DNA of 32,000 nt from Halomicrobium mukohataei DSM 12286. Its GTDB lineage: Archaea > Halobacteriota > Halobacteria > Halobacteriales > Haloarculaceae. Of the stretch, positions 7,702 to 17,500 are shown one piece after another (the stretch's first letter is position 1; each line of letters opens with the position of its first letter). The notes beneath the pieces were generated by a model. The model worked only from the letters and a program-made list of their open reading frames with translations. It was not told the DNA's origin and made no database searches. Made by a program: the position numbers and the translations under genes. The stretch lies in NCBI RefSeq assembly GCF_000023965.1, contig NC_013202.1:240001-272000 (forward strand), given 5' to 3'.

Positions 7702-8924
7702 GCCTCTACCAGCTGGAACGAGACGGCGAGGTACAGGAGATCATCCGGACGCTCCGGGAGTCGGACAACCCGAAGGTCAGAGCGCGGGCGGCGGAGCTAC
7801 TCGGGAACTTCCCGAACCACGACGACCGGCGAGACGTAGTCAACGCCCTCGTCGAGGCGGCCCAGGGCGAGGACAGTCGGATCGCCGCGACGGCCGTCGA
7901 CTCGCTGGACGAGCTGGGCGGAGACGCGATCGAGCAGCTGATCGCCGACATGGCCGGCGTCGACTTCGGCGACGACGGAGCCGAGTGGGTCCGCGCGAAG
8001 GCGTTCACGCAGGCCCTCGACGCGGACGTGCCCGAACTCAGGATGGCGGCGGCCAACGGCCTCGGCCAGCTCGAACAGGCAGATACGGTCGGTCCGCTGT
8101 CGAACCGCTTCGACGACGACGACCCGCGCGTTCGGGCGCGGGCCGCGCGGGCCTGTGGGAAGATCGGCGATCCACGGGCGGTCGGTCCGCTCGAATCCCT
8201 GCTCCGGGATCCGAAGGCGGCCGTCCGCAGGGAGGCCGCCGACGCGCTGGGGTCGATCGGGAACCGACAGGCCCTACAGGCGCTGCTCCCCCTGTACGAG
8301 GACGACAACGAGCGCGTCCGACGGATCGCCGTCGGAGCCTTCGGCAACTTCGGCAACGACCGGCCGGTCGACTACCTCGTCGAGTCGCTCACCGACGAGT
8401 CCTCCGGCGTCCGCCAGACCGCCGTCTACTCGCTGATCGAACTGCTCTCGAACGTCCCGACAGAGCAGAGCCACGAGATACGGGACACCGTCGTCGAGCG
8501 ACTCTCCTCGACCGACGACCGCAGCGTGGTCGTGCCGCTGGTCGAGATCCTCGAAGAGAGCACACAGAACGCCCAGCGGCGCAACACCGCGTGGCTGCTG
8601 GGCCGGGTCACCGGCGAGCAAGAGCGCGTCCGCGTCATCGAGTCGCTGATCGACGCGCTACACGAGGACGATCAGATGCTCCGGCAGTTCGCCGCGACAA
8701 GCCTGGCCGAGATCGACGGCGACGACGTGGAGCGGCGGCTCCTGTCGGTCGTCGATGACGAGGCAGTCGACCCCGATGTTCGCGCACAGGCGATCTTCAC
8801 GCTCGGGAAGGTCGGGAGCGAGCGCTCGCGCAAGACCCTGGACCGAATCATCGATCAGACCGAGAACGAGACGATCCGCAAGCGAGCGTTCTCGGCGATC
8901 TCCAAGCTCGGCGGCCGACGATGA
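7698..8924 (+). CDS. HEAT/PBS-lyase-like repeat protein of the archaeal taxis locus, 408 aa
   Basis: Track ORF. Repeated ~30-aa units of the form D..VR..AA.ALG.IGD..AV..L. Its ATG overlaps the cheR stop (ATGA). Its position before cheF matches the HEAT_PBS protein reported next to cheF1 in Halobacterium salinarum. Confidence 0.85.
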   Translation: MSLYQLERDGEVQEIIRTLRESDNPKVRARAAELLGNFPNHDDRRDVVNALVEAAQGEDSRIAATAVDSLDELGGDAIEQLIADMAGVDFGDDGAEWVRAKAFTQALDADVPELRMAAANGLGQLEQADTVGPLSNRFDDDDPRVRARAARACGKIGDPRAVGPLESLLRDPKAAVRREAADALGSIGNRQALQALLPLYEDDNERVRRIAVGAFGNFGNDRPVDYLVESLTDESSGVRQTAVYSLIELLSNVPTEQSHEIRDTVVERLSSTDDRSVVVPLVEILEESTQNAQRRNTAWLLGRVTGEQERVRVIESLIDALHEDDQMLRQFAATSLAEIDGDDVERRLLSVVDDEAVDPDVRAQAIFTLGKVGSERSRKTLDRIIDQTENETIRKRAFSAISKLGGRR

Positions 8925-8994
8925 ACGCTGGGGCTTCGTCTCGAACGCGGAGATCGACAGACGGATACTGGCCGAAGACCACGGGAGAGACGGG

Positions 8995-9858
8995 ATGAGC
9001 GACGGCGAACAGAAGCTGGCCGACGCCAAGGGGAAGTTCGTCCAGGTCGTCAAGGACGGTCGCAAGCGCAACGACATCGACTGGCGAGCGGGCCGGATCA
9101 TCCTCTCGAACAAGCGACTGGTGCTCGTCAGCAACGAGGGTAAGCGGACAATCCCGCTCTCGAAGATCACCTCGATCACGGGCCGGGACAACGTCAACAA
9201 GGCCATCGCGAAGGTGTCGGGCTATCTCTCCTTGCAGGTCGGGTCGAACGTCACGCTGATCGCTCCACAGGACATCGAAGGGTTCGAGTCGAAGCTGTAC
9301 AGCGCGCTGCTGGACCAGACCGTCGTCCTCGTGAAACACCCGGCCGTCGAGGGCGGCGTCGTCCAGGACACGGAGTGGGAGAAAGGACGACTCAAGATCG
9401 ACGGCGACAGCGTCGACCTCGCCATCGCGTCGGGGTCGTTCGTCGAGTTGGAGGTCGACGACGTGGGCAGCGCCGAACTCAAAACCAAGACCGTGACGGG
9501 CAAGCAGCGACGGGTCGCCGAGATCGAACACACGGTCGAAGGGACCAGCGTCGAGACCCACGTCTCGGGCTCCAAGAGCGACGTGTCCGTGCTCGCCTCG
9601 TTCGTGCGACGGGGCGAGCAGGCCGGCGAGGTCGACGTGGAGCTCAGCAAGGAGGAAAACGAGGTCCTGATGGCGCTGTACACCGGCGTCTCTCCGTTCC
9701 AGATCCCCGACTTCGTCGGTATGGAGATCGGACAGGTCGAGGAGATTTACGACCGGCTCATCGAGTACGGCATTCTGGAGCCGGTCCGGACTCGCCGCGA
9801 GGTCCAGCTAGAGGCCCGTGGTCGCTCGATCGCTGGCGAAGCCGTCGACGATCAGTGA
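8995..9858 (+). CDS. cheF1: Archaeal chemotaxis-to-archaellum adaptor CheF (DUF439 family), paralog 1
   Basis: In-frame ATG at 8995 within track ORF 8755-9858, which otherwise overlaps the HEAT gene. GRIILSNKRLVLVSNEGKRTIPLSKITSI aligns with GRVLLSQKRLVLAANENDKFTIPLSSIFDV of the convergent paralog. The C-terminus is wHTH-like. The numbering 1 versus 2 is by synteny only. Confidence 0.85.
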   Translation: MSDGEQKLADAKGKFVQVVKDGRKRNDIDWRAGRIILSNKRLVLVSNEGKRTIPLSKITSITGRDNVNKAIAKVSGYLSLQVGSNVTLIAPQDIEGFESKLYSALLDQTVVLVKHPAVEGGVVQDTEWEKGRLKIDGDSVDLAIASGSFVELEVDDVGSAELKTKTVTGKQRRVAEIEHTVEGTSVETHVSGSKSDVSVLASFVRRGEQAGEVDVELSKEENEVLMALYTGVSPFQIPDFVGMEIGQVEEIYDRLIEYGILEPVRTRREVQLEARGRSIAGEAVDDQ

Positions 9859-9869
9859 CCGGCCGGCGG

Positions 9870-10748
9870 TCAGGAGTTCACGTCTTCGAGGTGTCGGCTC
9901 GCGACGACCTCGCCTTTGGGGGTGAGCTTCGGACCGTCGGACGAGTCCTGGACGAGCCCGTCTTCTTCGAGGTCTCGCAACAGCATCGTCACCGCGGAGC
10001 TGTCGGTGCCGACGATGTCTGCCAGTGGCATCCCGTCCATGTCCCCCGTCGAGTAGATGGCGACGAGGATCTCGGTCTTGTCGTCGGTGAGTTCGATGTC
10101 TTGCAGATCCTCCATGAGATCGCTGTACTCGATGCGGAGGTAGCGACCCAGGATCGACATCTTGCGCGGCGACGCCATCGCGGCCATGGTCGTGACGGCA
10201 GTGCCGTCCATCATGTGCCGGAAGGTCAGCGTCGGGCGGTCGGAACCGGCGATCTCGCGGGTCGTGCGCTGGAAGTCGGTGACGGTGGCCAGATCGACGA
10301 CGAAAACGCCGTCCGACGACCGGAACTCGACCGACCCGTCCGAGACGAACAGCTTCGCCGTCGAGAACGCATCGTCGGTGACGCGCCCACCGACGCGTGC
10401 CCGCTCTTTGACGGTCGTCTCGGTACCGTTGAGAATCGCCTTGAACAACACCGTCGAGAACTTCGAGATCTTGTCGTCGTCGCCCTCGACGACGGCGACG
10501 TGTCGACTGTCGTTTCGTTCGAAAGCGACGGTGACCGTCGAGTCGAAGAAGTCCCCCAGGTCCGGCGGCACGTGTCCGACCGCGACGTCGAAGATCGACG
10601 ACAGCGGAATGGTGAATTTGTCGTTCTCGTTGGCCGCCAACACCAGTCGCTTCTGGCTCAGCAACACCCGCCCCTTGACCGGCTCGGTCGTCGCCATCAC
10701 CTCCGCGTTGAAGTTGCCGACGAAATCAGCGATGACGGATTCCGACAT
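9870..10748 (-). CDS. cheF2: Archaeal CheF (DUF439 family), paralog 2
   Basis: Track ORF. Same architecture as cheF1 and convergent with it. The stop codons are 11 nt apart. Confidence 0.85.
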   Translation of the reverse strand: MSESVIADFVGNFNAEVMATTEPVKGRVLLSQKRLVLAANENDKFTIPLSSIFDVAVGHVPPDLGDFFDSTVTVAFERNDSRHVAVVEGDDDKISKFSTVLFKAILNGTETTVKERARVGGRVTDDAFSTAKLFVSDGSVEFRSSDGVFVVDLATVTDFQRTTREIAGSDRPTLTFRHMMDGTAVTTMAAMASPRKMSILGRYLRIEYSDLMEDLQDIELTDDKTEILVAIYSTGDMDGMPLADIVGTDSSAVTMLLRDLEEDGLVQDSSDGPKLTPKGEVVASRHLEDVNS

Positions 10749-10837
10749 TGATCACTCACCGAGTGGTACTGCGGGCAGAATCTTATGGGTTTCGAGCGAA
10801 TATCATTCGAGAGAACGGAGAGTCGCCCCGCTGGCGG

Positions 10838-11266
10838 TCACTCGCCGAGATCGTCCGCGATACTGGCGAGAGAGTCGTCCGGGGAGTCCGTCGCCGTGTA
10901 GACGACTCGAGAGCCCGGCGTCCGCAGCCCGTAGGTGTACCCCGCAGTCACGACGTCGAGGTGGACCGAGCCACCGATCGCGCAGTCGCTGTCGGCGAAC
11001 CACTCGACGAGTCGGTTCTCGCCGTCGCCCTCGCGGGCCAGTCGCCGATTGTCCGCGGCGTGCTGGAGCATCGGCTCGCCGTCCAGCGTCGTCTCGACGC
11101 GGGCGTGGTACTGCTCGCCGTCGAGCACGCACTCGATCACGTCGCCCGCGGCCACGTCGAGGTCCGCCGGCAACTCGATCCGTGGGCGATCGGTGCGGCC
11201 GACAGAAGCGACCTCGACGCGGCGGGTCTCGACGGCCTCGTGGTCGCTCGGGAGGCGATCTGCCAC
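10838..11266 (-). CDS. Conserved-looking acidic hypothetical protein downstream of rps6e
   Basis: Track ORF 10838-11308 would overlap rps6e by 41 nt. An in-frame GTG at 11266 sits 1 nt after the rps6e stop (11268-11270), so I use that start. The protein is acidic with high GC3. Confidence 0.55.
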   Translation of the reverse strand: MADRLPSDHEAVETRRVEVASVGRTDRPRIELPADLDVAAGDVIECVLDGEQYHARVETTLDGEPMLQHAADNRRLAREGDGENRLVEWFADSDCAIGGSVHLDVVTAGYTYGLRTPGSRVVYTATDSPDDSLASIADDLGE

Positions 11267-11267
11267 G

Positions 11268-11660
11268 TTACTCGTCGTCGCTCTCGCCCAGTAGATCCGC
11301 GACGTCACCGCTGCCCCGTTCGGTGACCTTGGCGTTGATCTGGGCGGTCTCCTCGCTGACCTCGCGGCCGCGGATGGTGATGCGCTTGCGCTCGCCGTCG
11401 CGGGTGGGCTTGTAGCCGACGCCGCCGTCGGTGAGGATCGACTTCGTGCCGACGCCGCGCACGTCCGCTCGCATCGGTCGGCCGGCCGTGTCAGAGCCGC
11501 CGGTCAGTTCGAGCGTGAAGCCGTCGAGACCGACCGCACTGCCCTCGACCTCGTCGCCGAGTTCGCGGCCCATGAAGCGGTTCGCGTCCTGTCCGTCGAC
11601 GTCTAGCTGGTAGGTCGTGCCTGTCTCCGGGTCCGAGAGCGCAACGGTGAATTCTGCCAT
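11268..11660 (-). CDS. rps6e: 30S ribosomal protein S6e
   Basis: ATG at 11660; the track start at 11666 is [67 protein letters not shown] matches the archaeal S6e pattern. Confidence 0.93.
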   Translation of the reverse strand: MAEFTVALSDPETGTTYQLDVDGQDANRFMGRELGDEVEGSAVGLDGFTLELTGGSDTAGRPMRADVRGVGTKSILTDGGVGYKPTRDGERKRITIRGREVSEETAQINAKVTERGSGDVADLLGESDDE

Positions 11661-11682
11661 ACCCACCGATATTCGACGGCGC

Positions 11683-11690
11683 TTAAAAAG
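11683..11690 (-). promoter_or_regulatory. TATA box for rps6e inside a short palindrome
   Basis: The minus strand reads GCGCTTTTTAAGCGC (11679-11693). The T/A core lies 23-30 nt upstream of the ATG at 11660. Confidence 0.45.
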
Positions 11691-11789
11691 CGCGTCGGAA
11701 CCGACTTTCGACGGAACTCGCGAGTGACACGGGGAAAGCCCCGTGCGTGTGCGCCACGGACGGCGTGACGGTCGGACTGCCCGGCAGTG

Positions 11790-12206
11790 TCACTCCTCGG
11801 CGTCGACGATCGTGCTCACGCGGGCGTTCTCCTTGATCGCGACGCCGGCACCGCCGACGGTGATCGGAACGCGGGGGAGAGCGTCGACGTGCAGCGTCGG
11901 GTGGCTCAGCCCGCGTTCCAGCAGTTCGGTGCGTGGCTGGAACGTGACCGTCGCCGTCCCCGTCAGGGACTCGTTGTACTCGATCAGGTACTGGCCGGAG
12001 CGAAGCTGCCACCACTCGTAGTCGTCCGCGGGATCGCGCTTGGCCGACGTGTGCGGCGTCGTCTGGGCCGGTTCGAGTTCCCCGCCCCCGAAGTCGACTC
12101 GACCCGGCGCAACGATCTCGAAGACGTTCGAGACGGTGAGATCGAACCCCGAGTCGGCTGTCTGGGTCGGTTCGTGGACGGCGTCCTCGACGTACTGCTC
12201 GTACAT
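11790..12206 (-). CDS. dUTPase/dCTP-deaminase-fold protein (dut-like), 138 aa
   Basis: Internal ATG (12206) of track ORF 11790-12233. Contains SGFDLTV... and ...GAGVAIKENARVSTIV, which resemble the trimeric dUTPase superfamily. The assignment is tentative. Confidence 0.5.
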   Translation of the reverse strand: MYEQYVEDAVHEPTQTADSGFDLTVSNVFEIVAPGRVDFGGGELEPAQTTPHTSAKRDPADDYEWWQLRSGQYLIEYNESLTGTATVTFQPRTELLERGLSHPTLHVDALPRVPITVGGAGVAIKENARVSTIVDAEE

Positions 12207-12247
12207 ACGCGAGCCCTCGGAAGCCGGACACAAAAGCGTCGGCCGTC

Positions 12248-13327
12248 TCAGCGCTCCCAGCGGAAGCGGCCGTCTTCGAGGACCGTCTCGCCGTCGATCA
12301 GCAGTCGGCCGTCCTCGCGGAGGTCGGTGATGAGGTCGACGTGGATCGCGCTGTCGTTACCGCCGTCGGGAACGCAGGCGTCGTAGGCCCGGCCGAGCGC
12401 GAGGTGGACGGTCCCGCCCATCTTCTCGTCGAAGAGGATGTTGTCCGTGATCCGGTCGATCCCGCGGTTCATCCCGATCCCGAGCTCGCCCAGTCGGCGA
12501 GCGCCCGCGTCGGTTGCCAGCAGTTCGCCGATCGTCGACTCGCCCTGAGCGGCGCTGTAGTCGACGACCTCGCCGTCCTCGAAGACGAGCCGTACGTCTC
12601 GCACGCGCGTCCCGTCGACGGTCATGGGCACGTCGAAGGTGACCGTCCCCTCGGTGGCGGTCGGTGCGGTGAACACCTCGCCGGAGGGGAGATTGTGCGA
12701 GTCGTAGGCCACGGAGGCCGCGGAGTTGACGGCCACGCGGTCGGCGATCGACATCGTGAGGTCCGTCCCCTCGCCCAGGAGGTGGACCTCGCGGCCCTCG
12801 TCCAGCAGCGTCTTGAGCTGGTCCATCTCCTCGGCCAGCGACTCCCAGTCTCGCAGCGTCGCGTCGTAGACGAAGTCACGGTAAGCCTCGGAGGAGAGGC
12901 CGGCCTGCTGGGCCATCGCGCGGGTCGGGTGCTGGGTGGAGACCCAGTCGGTGTCCATCCGGGCCGCTCTGATCTCGGTGCGAGCCCGGCGGTAGGACTG
13001 CCGACGGTCTCCCGGTACGTCGCTGGCCGCGGCGGTGTTGCGCGATCCGCCCAGCGAGAGGACGCTGTCGGCCCGCTCGTAGAGCGCGCGCTCGAACTCG
13101 GGGTCGGCGTCGAAGTCGCCGTCGTGGGCCCGGAGGTAGGCTCGCGTCATCTCGTCGGAGCCGTAGGTCGCGAGCAGGTTCGCTCCGCGCTCGCCCAGCG
13201 CCGCCGCGACGGCCACCCCCAGGTCGTGCGCGCCCTCGTCGACCTGGACGATCACGTCGTCGCCCGCTTCGATCCGTGCGCTCCAGTCGACCAGTACGTC
13301 GGCGTGTTCCCGAACTCGGTCGTCCAT
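12248..13327 (-). CDS. Aminopeptidase, peptidase family M29 (AmpS/PepS-like)
   Basis: Track ORF. Contains NLPSGEVFTAP, ELGIGMN and FDEKMGGTVHLALG, motifs typical of M29 thermophilic-type metalloaminopeptidases. Confidence 0.85.
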   Translation of the reverse strand: MDDRVREHADVLVDWSARIEAGDDVIVQVDEGAHDLGVAVAAALGERGANLLATYGSDEMTRAYLRAHDGDFDADPEFERALYERADSVLSLGGSRNTAAASDVPGDRRQSYRRARTEIRAARMDTDWVSTQHPTRAMAQQAGLSSEAYRDFVYDATLRDWESLAEEMDQLKTLLDEGREVHLLGEGTDLTMSIADRVAVNSAASVAYDSHNLPSGEVFTAPTATEGTVTFDVPMTVDGTRVRDVRLVFEDGEVVDYSAAQGESTIGELLATDAGARRLGELGIGMNRGIDRITDNILFDEKMGGTVHLALGRAYDACVPDGGNDSAIHVDLITDLREDGRLLIDGETVLEDGRFRWER

Positions 13328-13405
13328 ATCCCGGCATCAGTTGGCGTCGATAAAACGCTACTGCCACGGCGCGGCCGCGAGAGCGGGTTCGAAGCGGTGA
13401 GCCGC

Positions 13406-14389
13406 TTACTCGCCGTCCACGGCTGCGGGCTCGCCCGTCTCGGCGCTCTCGTAGAGGGCGTCGATGACGGCCATGTTGTCGACCGTCTCCGTCCGGTCGA
13501 CGGGCGGCGTCTCGTCGGCCGCGACGGCGTCGGCGAAGCTCTCGACCTGGCGGCGGTAGTGGTCGACGCCGTCGATGGTCTCGGTGTGTCGCTGGCCGTC
13601 GACCTGATAGGTGAGCGACACCGACTGGTCGGGGGCCACGTCGAATGCTTCGGGGACGTGGAGCCAGCCGTCCGCCGTCATGATCCGGTACTCGTGGGTC
13701 ATCGGCGTGTCGAAGCTGCTGGTGATCTGCGCCGTCACGCCGTCGTCGTAGGTCAGCAGGCCCGAGAGCTGGGAGTCGACGCCGGTATCGTAGGTGTCGG
13801 CAGCGTGGGCGAACGCGCGGTTCGGCTCGCCCAGCACGTTCCGGACCGCGCTGACGGCGTAGCAGCCGATGTCCATGAGCGAACCGCCGTCCAGTGCCGG
13901 ATCGAGCCGGATGTCGTCGGTGCGGTCGCCCATCCCGAAGGTGAACGTCGCCTCGACGTGGCGCACCTCGCCGAGTTCTTCGCGGACGATCTCGCGGGCG
14001 CGCTCGGTGCGAGGATGGAAGTGGTACATGAACGCCTCCATCAGAGTGACGCCCTGCCGGTCGCAGTAGTCGAAGAGCGCGCGGGCCTGCTCGGCGTCGG
14101 GCGTCAGAGGCTTCTCACAGAGGACGTGCAGTCCGTGATCGGCAGCGCGGCGTGTCCACTCCGCGTGGAGGCTGTTCGGTAGCGGGTTGTACACGGCGTC
14201 GATCCCCTCGTCGGCCAGCAGCGCCTCGTAGCTGCCGTACGACCGATCGATGTCGAGTTCGTCGGCGACCGACCGGGCGCGCTCGGCGTCGCGTGAAGCG
14301 ATCGCGCCGACGGCGTGTTCGCTGGCCTGGATCGCCGGGATCACGTCTTCGCGGCCGATCGCCGCCGTACTGAGAACTCCGAATTCCAT
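13406..14389 (-). CDS. Gfo/Idh/MocA family NAD(P)-dependent oxidoreductase
   Basis: Track ORF 13406-14416. I prefer the ATG at 14389 (MEFGVLSTAAIG, the Rossmann start), but the ATG at 14416 is also possible. EKPL motif (LHVLCEKPLT). Confidence 0.85.
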   Translation of the reverse strand: MEFGVLSTAAIGREDVIPAIQASEHAVGAIASRDAERARSVADELDIDRSYGSYEALLADEGIDAVYNPLPNSLHAEWTRRAADHGLHVLCEKPLTPDAEQARALFDYCDRQGVTLMEAFMYHFHPRTERAREIVREELGEVRHVEATFTFGMGDRTDDIRLDPALDGGSLMDIGCYAVSAVRNVLGEPNRAFAHAADTYDTGVDSQLSGLLTYDDGVTAQITSSFDTPMTHEYRIMTADGWLHVPEAFDVAPDQSVSLTYQVDGQRHTETIDGVDHYRRQVESFADAVAADETPPVDRTETVDNMAVIDALYESAETGEPAAVDGE

Positions 14390-14567
14390 GCGTGAGAGTG
14401 CGATCGGGACGGGCATAAACGCTGAGTTCCGCGGCGACCCGGACGATCCCCGTCAGTGGCCCTCTGTTGTGATAGTAGGTAGCACTCCACATATATTTGG
14501 TTAGTCACCCCGCCTATCAAAACAAAAAACGCGGCACGTGGAGTTAAGAGCCGAACTTCTGGTACGT

Positions 14568-17500
14568 ATGAGTATGGACCTGAAGGTAAAGTTGGTCGTG
14601 CTGATGTTGGCGATCTCGCTGTTGCCGCTTGGCAGTGTCGGAGCCCTGGCGACACAGAACATGGGGTCGCTCAATCAGGACGCCCAGGATCGGAGCGCAC
14701 AGGAGTTGCGCGGAGCGATGACCGACGACCTGAACAACAGCGTACGGGCGCGGCAGTCGTCGCTACAGAACCAGTTCGACCAGCGGGAGGTCGACATGCG
14801 CTCGCTCGCCCAGTCGGGCGCGATGGACAACTATCAGGCCGCTCGACAGGGGAAGATGCAACTCGTCCAGGAGGCCAGCCAGCGACAGGTCGGCTACACG
14901 GCCCTGGAGATGCGCAACGCCATCGAGAGTACGACCCAGACCGTCCTCGATACCGAGTACGACGGGCGCGAGTGGGAGGAGCTGTCCCCCCGCGAGCAGC
15001 GCGCGGTCAAGCAGCGCGTCGAGCGGATCATCGCCGGCACCGACGGCGACGGGACGACCGCCGACGGGACGATGGACGAGACGTTCCAGCCCGGCTACAT
15101 CGGCGAGACCGGCTACGCCTACGTGACCGACCTGGACTCGAACGTCGTGGTCCACCACCGTCTGGAAGACGGGCACAACTTCGCCGACGACTCCGGCGGG
15201 AGCCTGACCGTCTTCGACGACATCAAAGCGAACATCGAGTCGACGCCCGCGCTGCGCAACGGCGAGACGTGGGGTGTCGCCGAGTACGAGTGGGAGGACA
15301 CGACACAGGACGGCAACCCCACGGAGACCCAGCTGGTCGCCTACACCTACTACGAGCCCTTCGACTGGATCGTCGCTCCCAGCGTGTACTACTACGAACT
15401 CCAGGAGCGAGCCGTCGCCGACAGCGAGGCGCGGCTGGCAGACTCCTTCGAGCAGTACCTCGAAACGCGGACTGTCAGCGTCAATCGGGAACAGCGCTAC
15501 GCCTACGACGAGATCATCTTCGTCGACAAGCGGGGCCGAGAGGTCATCAGTGCCACTCGCGAAGGCGAACGGGCAGTGACCGAGCGCGACGGTTCGGGGT
15601 GGCACGCCGACAAGAGCTGGTTCACCAGTGCCGGTGCCGTCGCCAACGGCGAAGTCGCGTTCAACCGAATCGAGGAAGAGAACGGCAGTCAGCGGATGTA
15701 CGTCTCGACGCCGGTGTACCAGGACGGACGGTTCCGGGGCGTCGTCGTGGCCCAGTTCAACTACTCGATCGTCACGGAGATCACGAACGGCGTGTCGGTC
15801 GGCGAGACGGGCTATCTCTACGTCGTCAACGACCGCGGCGAGATGGTGAGCCACCCCAACGAGACGAAGGTGGCACAGCGCGTCGACGTGGCCGGGGGTG
15901 AGTACGGCGAGGAACTCGGCAACATCACCACCGAACAGATGCTGGCCGCCCGGTCGGGCATGGCCACACACACGCGAACGGTCGGGGGCGAAGAGACGAC
16001 CCGATACGTCGTGTACGCGCCCCTGCAGGTCGGAGACAGGCAGTTCTCGCTCGTCGGCACCGTTCCCGAGAGCGACATCGAGGGGCCGATCGCGGCGCTG
16101 GGAGACGCGCTCCAGCAACGCACCGACGACGCCCGCAACCTCATCCTGTTGCTGTCGGGCATCGCGGCGCTGGTCGTCGTCGCCGCGGGCTACGCCGTCG
16201 CGCGTTACGTCGCCAGTCCGATCGAACAGATGCGCGACCGGGCCACGGAGATGGCACAGGGGCGGTTCGACGGCGAACTCGACGTGGACGACCGCGACGA
16301 CGAGATCGGGGAGATGGTCGAGGCCTTCGAGGAGATGGAGGCGAACCTGACCCGTCAGATAACGGAGATCGAGGCCGTGTCGGCGTCGCTCAGCGAGGGC
16401 GAGATCGACGACGACCTCCACACGGACCTGCCGGGCTCGTTCGGCGACATCATGACGGACCTCCAGGACGGCATGACACAGCTGCGGACGAGCTTCGCCC
16501 AGATCAGCCGGGCCAGTGAGAACGTCCGGACCGGCAAGCTCGACCAGGAGATCGACAGCGACCTCCCCGGAGAGTACGGCGCGGTGATGGACGAACTCGA
16601 CGCGGGACTCCAGCAGCTCTCCGAGAGCTTCGACCGGCTCCGGACGGCGAGTACGGCACTCAGCGAGCGCCGGCTCGACGAGGACCTCGGTACCGACCTG
16701 CCCGGCGCGTACGGCGACGTGATGACCAACATCGACGCGGGGCTCGACGCCGTCGAGGAGAGCATCGCGCGGGTGCAGTCGATCGCACGGGAGGTGAGTT
16801 CGGCCACCGACGACGCCGCGGCCAGCGCACAGGAGGTCGAGCGGGCCAGCCAGGAGGTCGCCGAGTCCGTGCAAGAGATCTCTCACGGCGCGGACCGCCA
16901 GTCCGAACAGCTCCAGGAGGCCGCCGCGGAGATGAACGACATGTCTGCGACGGTCGAGGAGGTCGCCTCCTCCGCGGTCGACGTGGCCAACACGTCAGAA
17001 CGCGCCGCGGACCGCGCCGAGGCCGGGAGCGAGCGGGCGAGCGAGGCCTCCCGCGAGATCGAGGGGATCGAAGCGGAGACCGAGCAGGCGGTCGAACAGG
17101 TCGCGGCGCTCGAATCCGAGATCGACGAGATCAGCGAGATCGTGAGTATGATCACCGACATCGCCGAGCAGACGAACATGCTGGCGCTGAACGCCTCTAT
17201 CGAGGCCGCTAGAGCCGGTGAGGCCGGCGAGGGCTTCGCCGTCGTCGCCGACGAGATCAAGGGGCTGGCCGGCGAGGCCGCCGCGGCGACAGAGGAGATC
17301 GACGGTCTCATCACCGAGCTACAGGCGACGACCGGGGAGACCGTCGACGACATCGAGTCGATGCGCGACCGCGTCGAGAACGGTGCCGACACGATCGAGG
17401 ACGCGATCGCCATGTTCGACGAGATCGCCGAGAGCGCAACCGAGGCCGAGCACGGCGTCCGAGAGATCAGCGAGGCGACCGACGACCAGGCCGCCTCGAC

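Noticed and set aside
14763-16886. 707-aa minus-strand ORF antisense to the transducer gene. The same type of long ORF occurs at 12341-14182 (+), 3818-4933 (-), 4911-6200 (-), 21246-22376 (-), 22722-23921 (-), 9375-10751 (+) and 10162-11415 (+).
   Set aside because: Their translations are Arg/Pro/Gly/His-rich and basic, unlike the acidic proteome. Each overlaps a well-supported gene with clear family motifs. Long stop-free antisense and alternative frames are expected in high-GC DNA.
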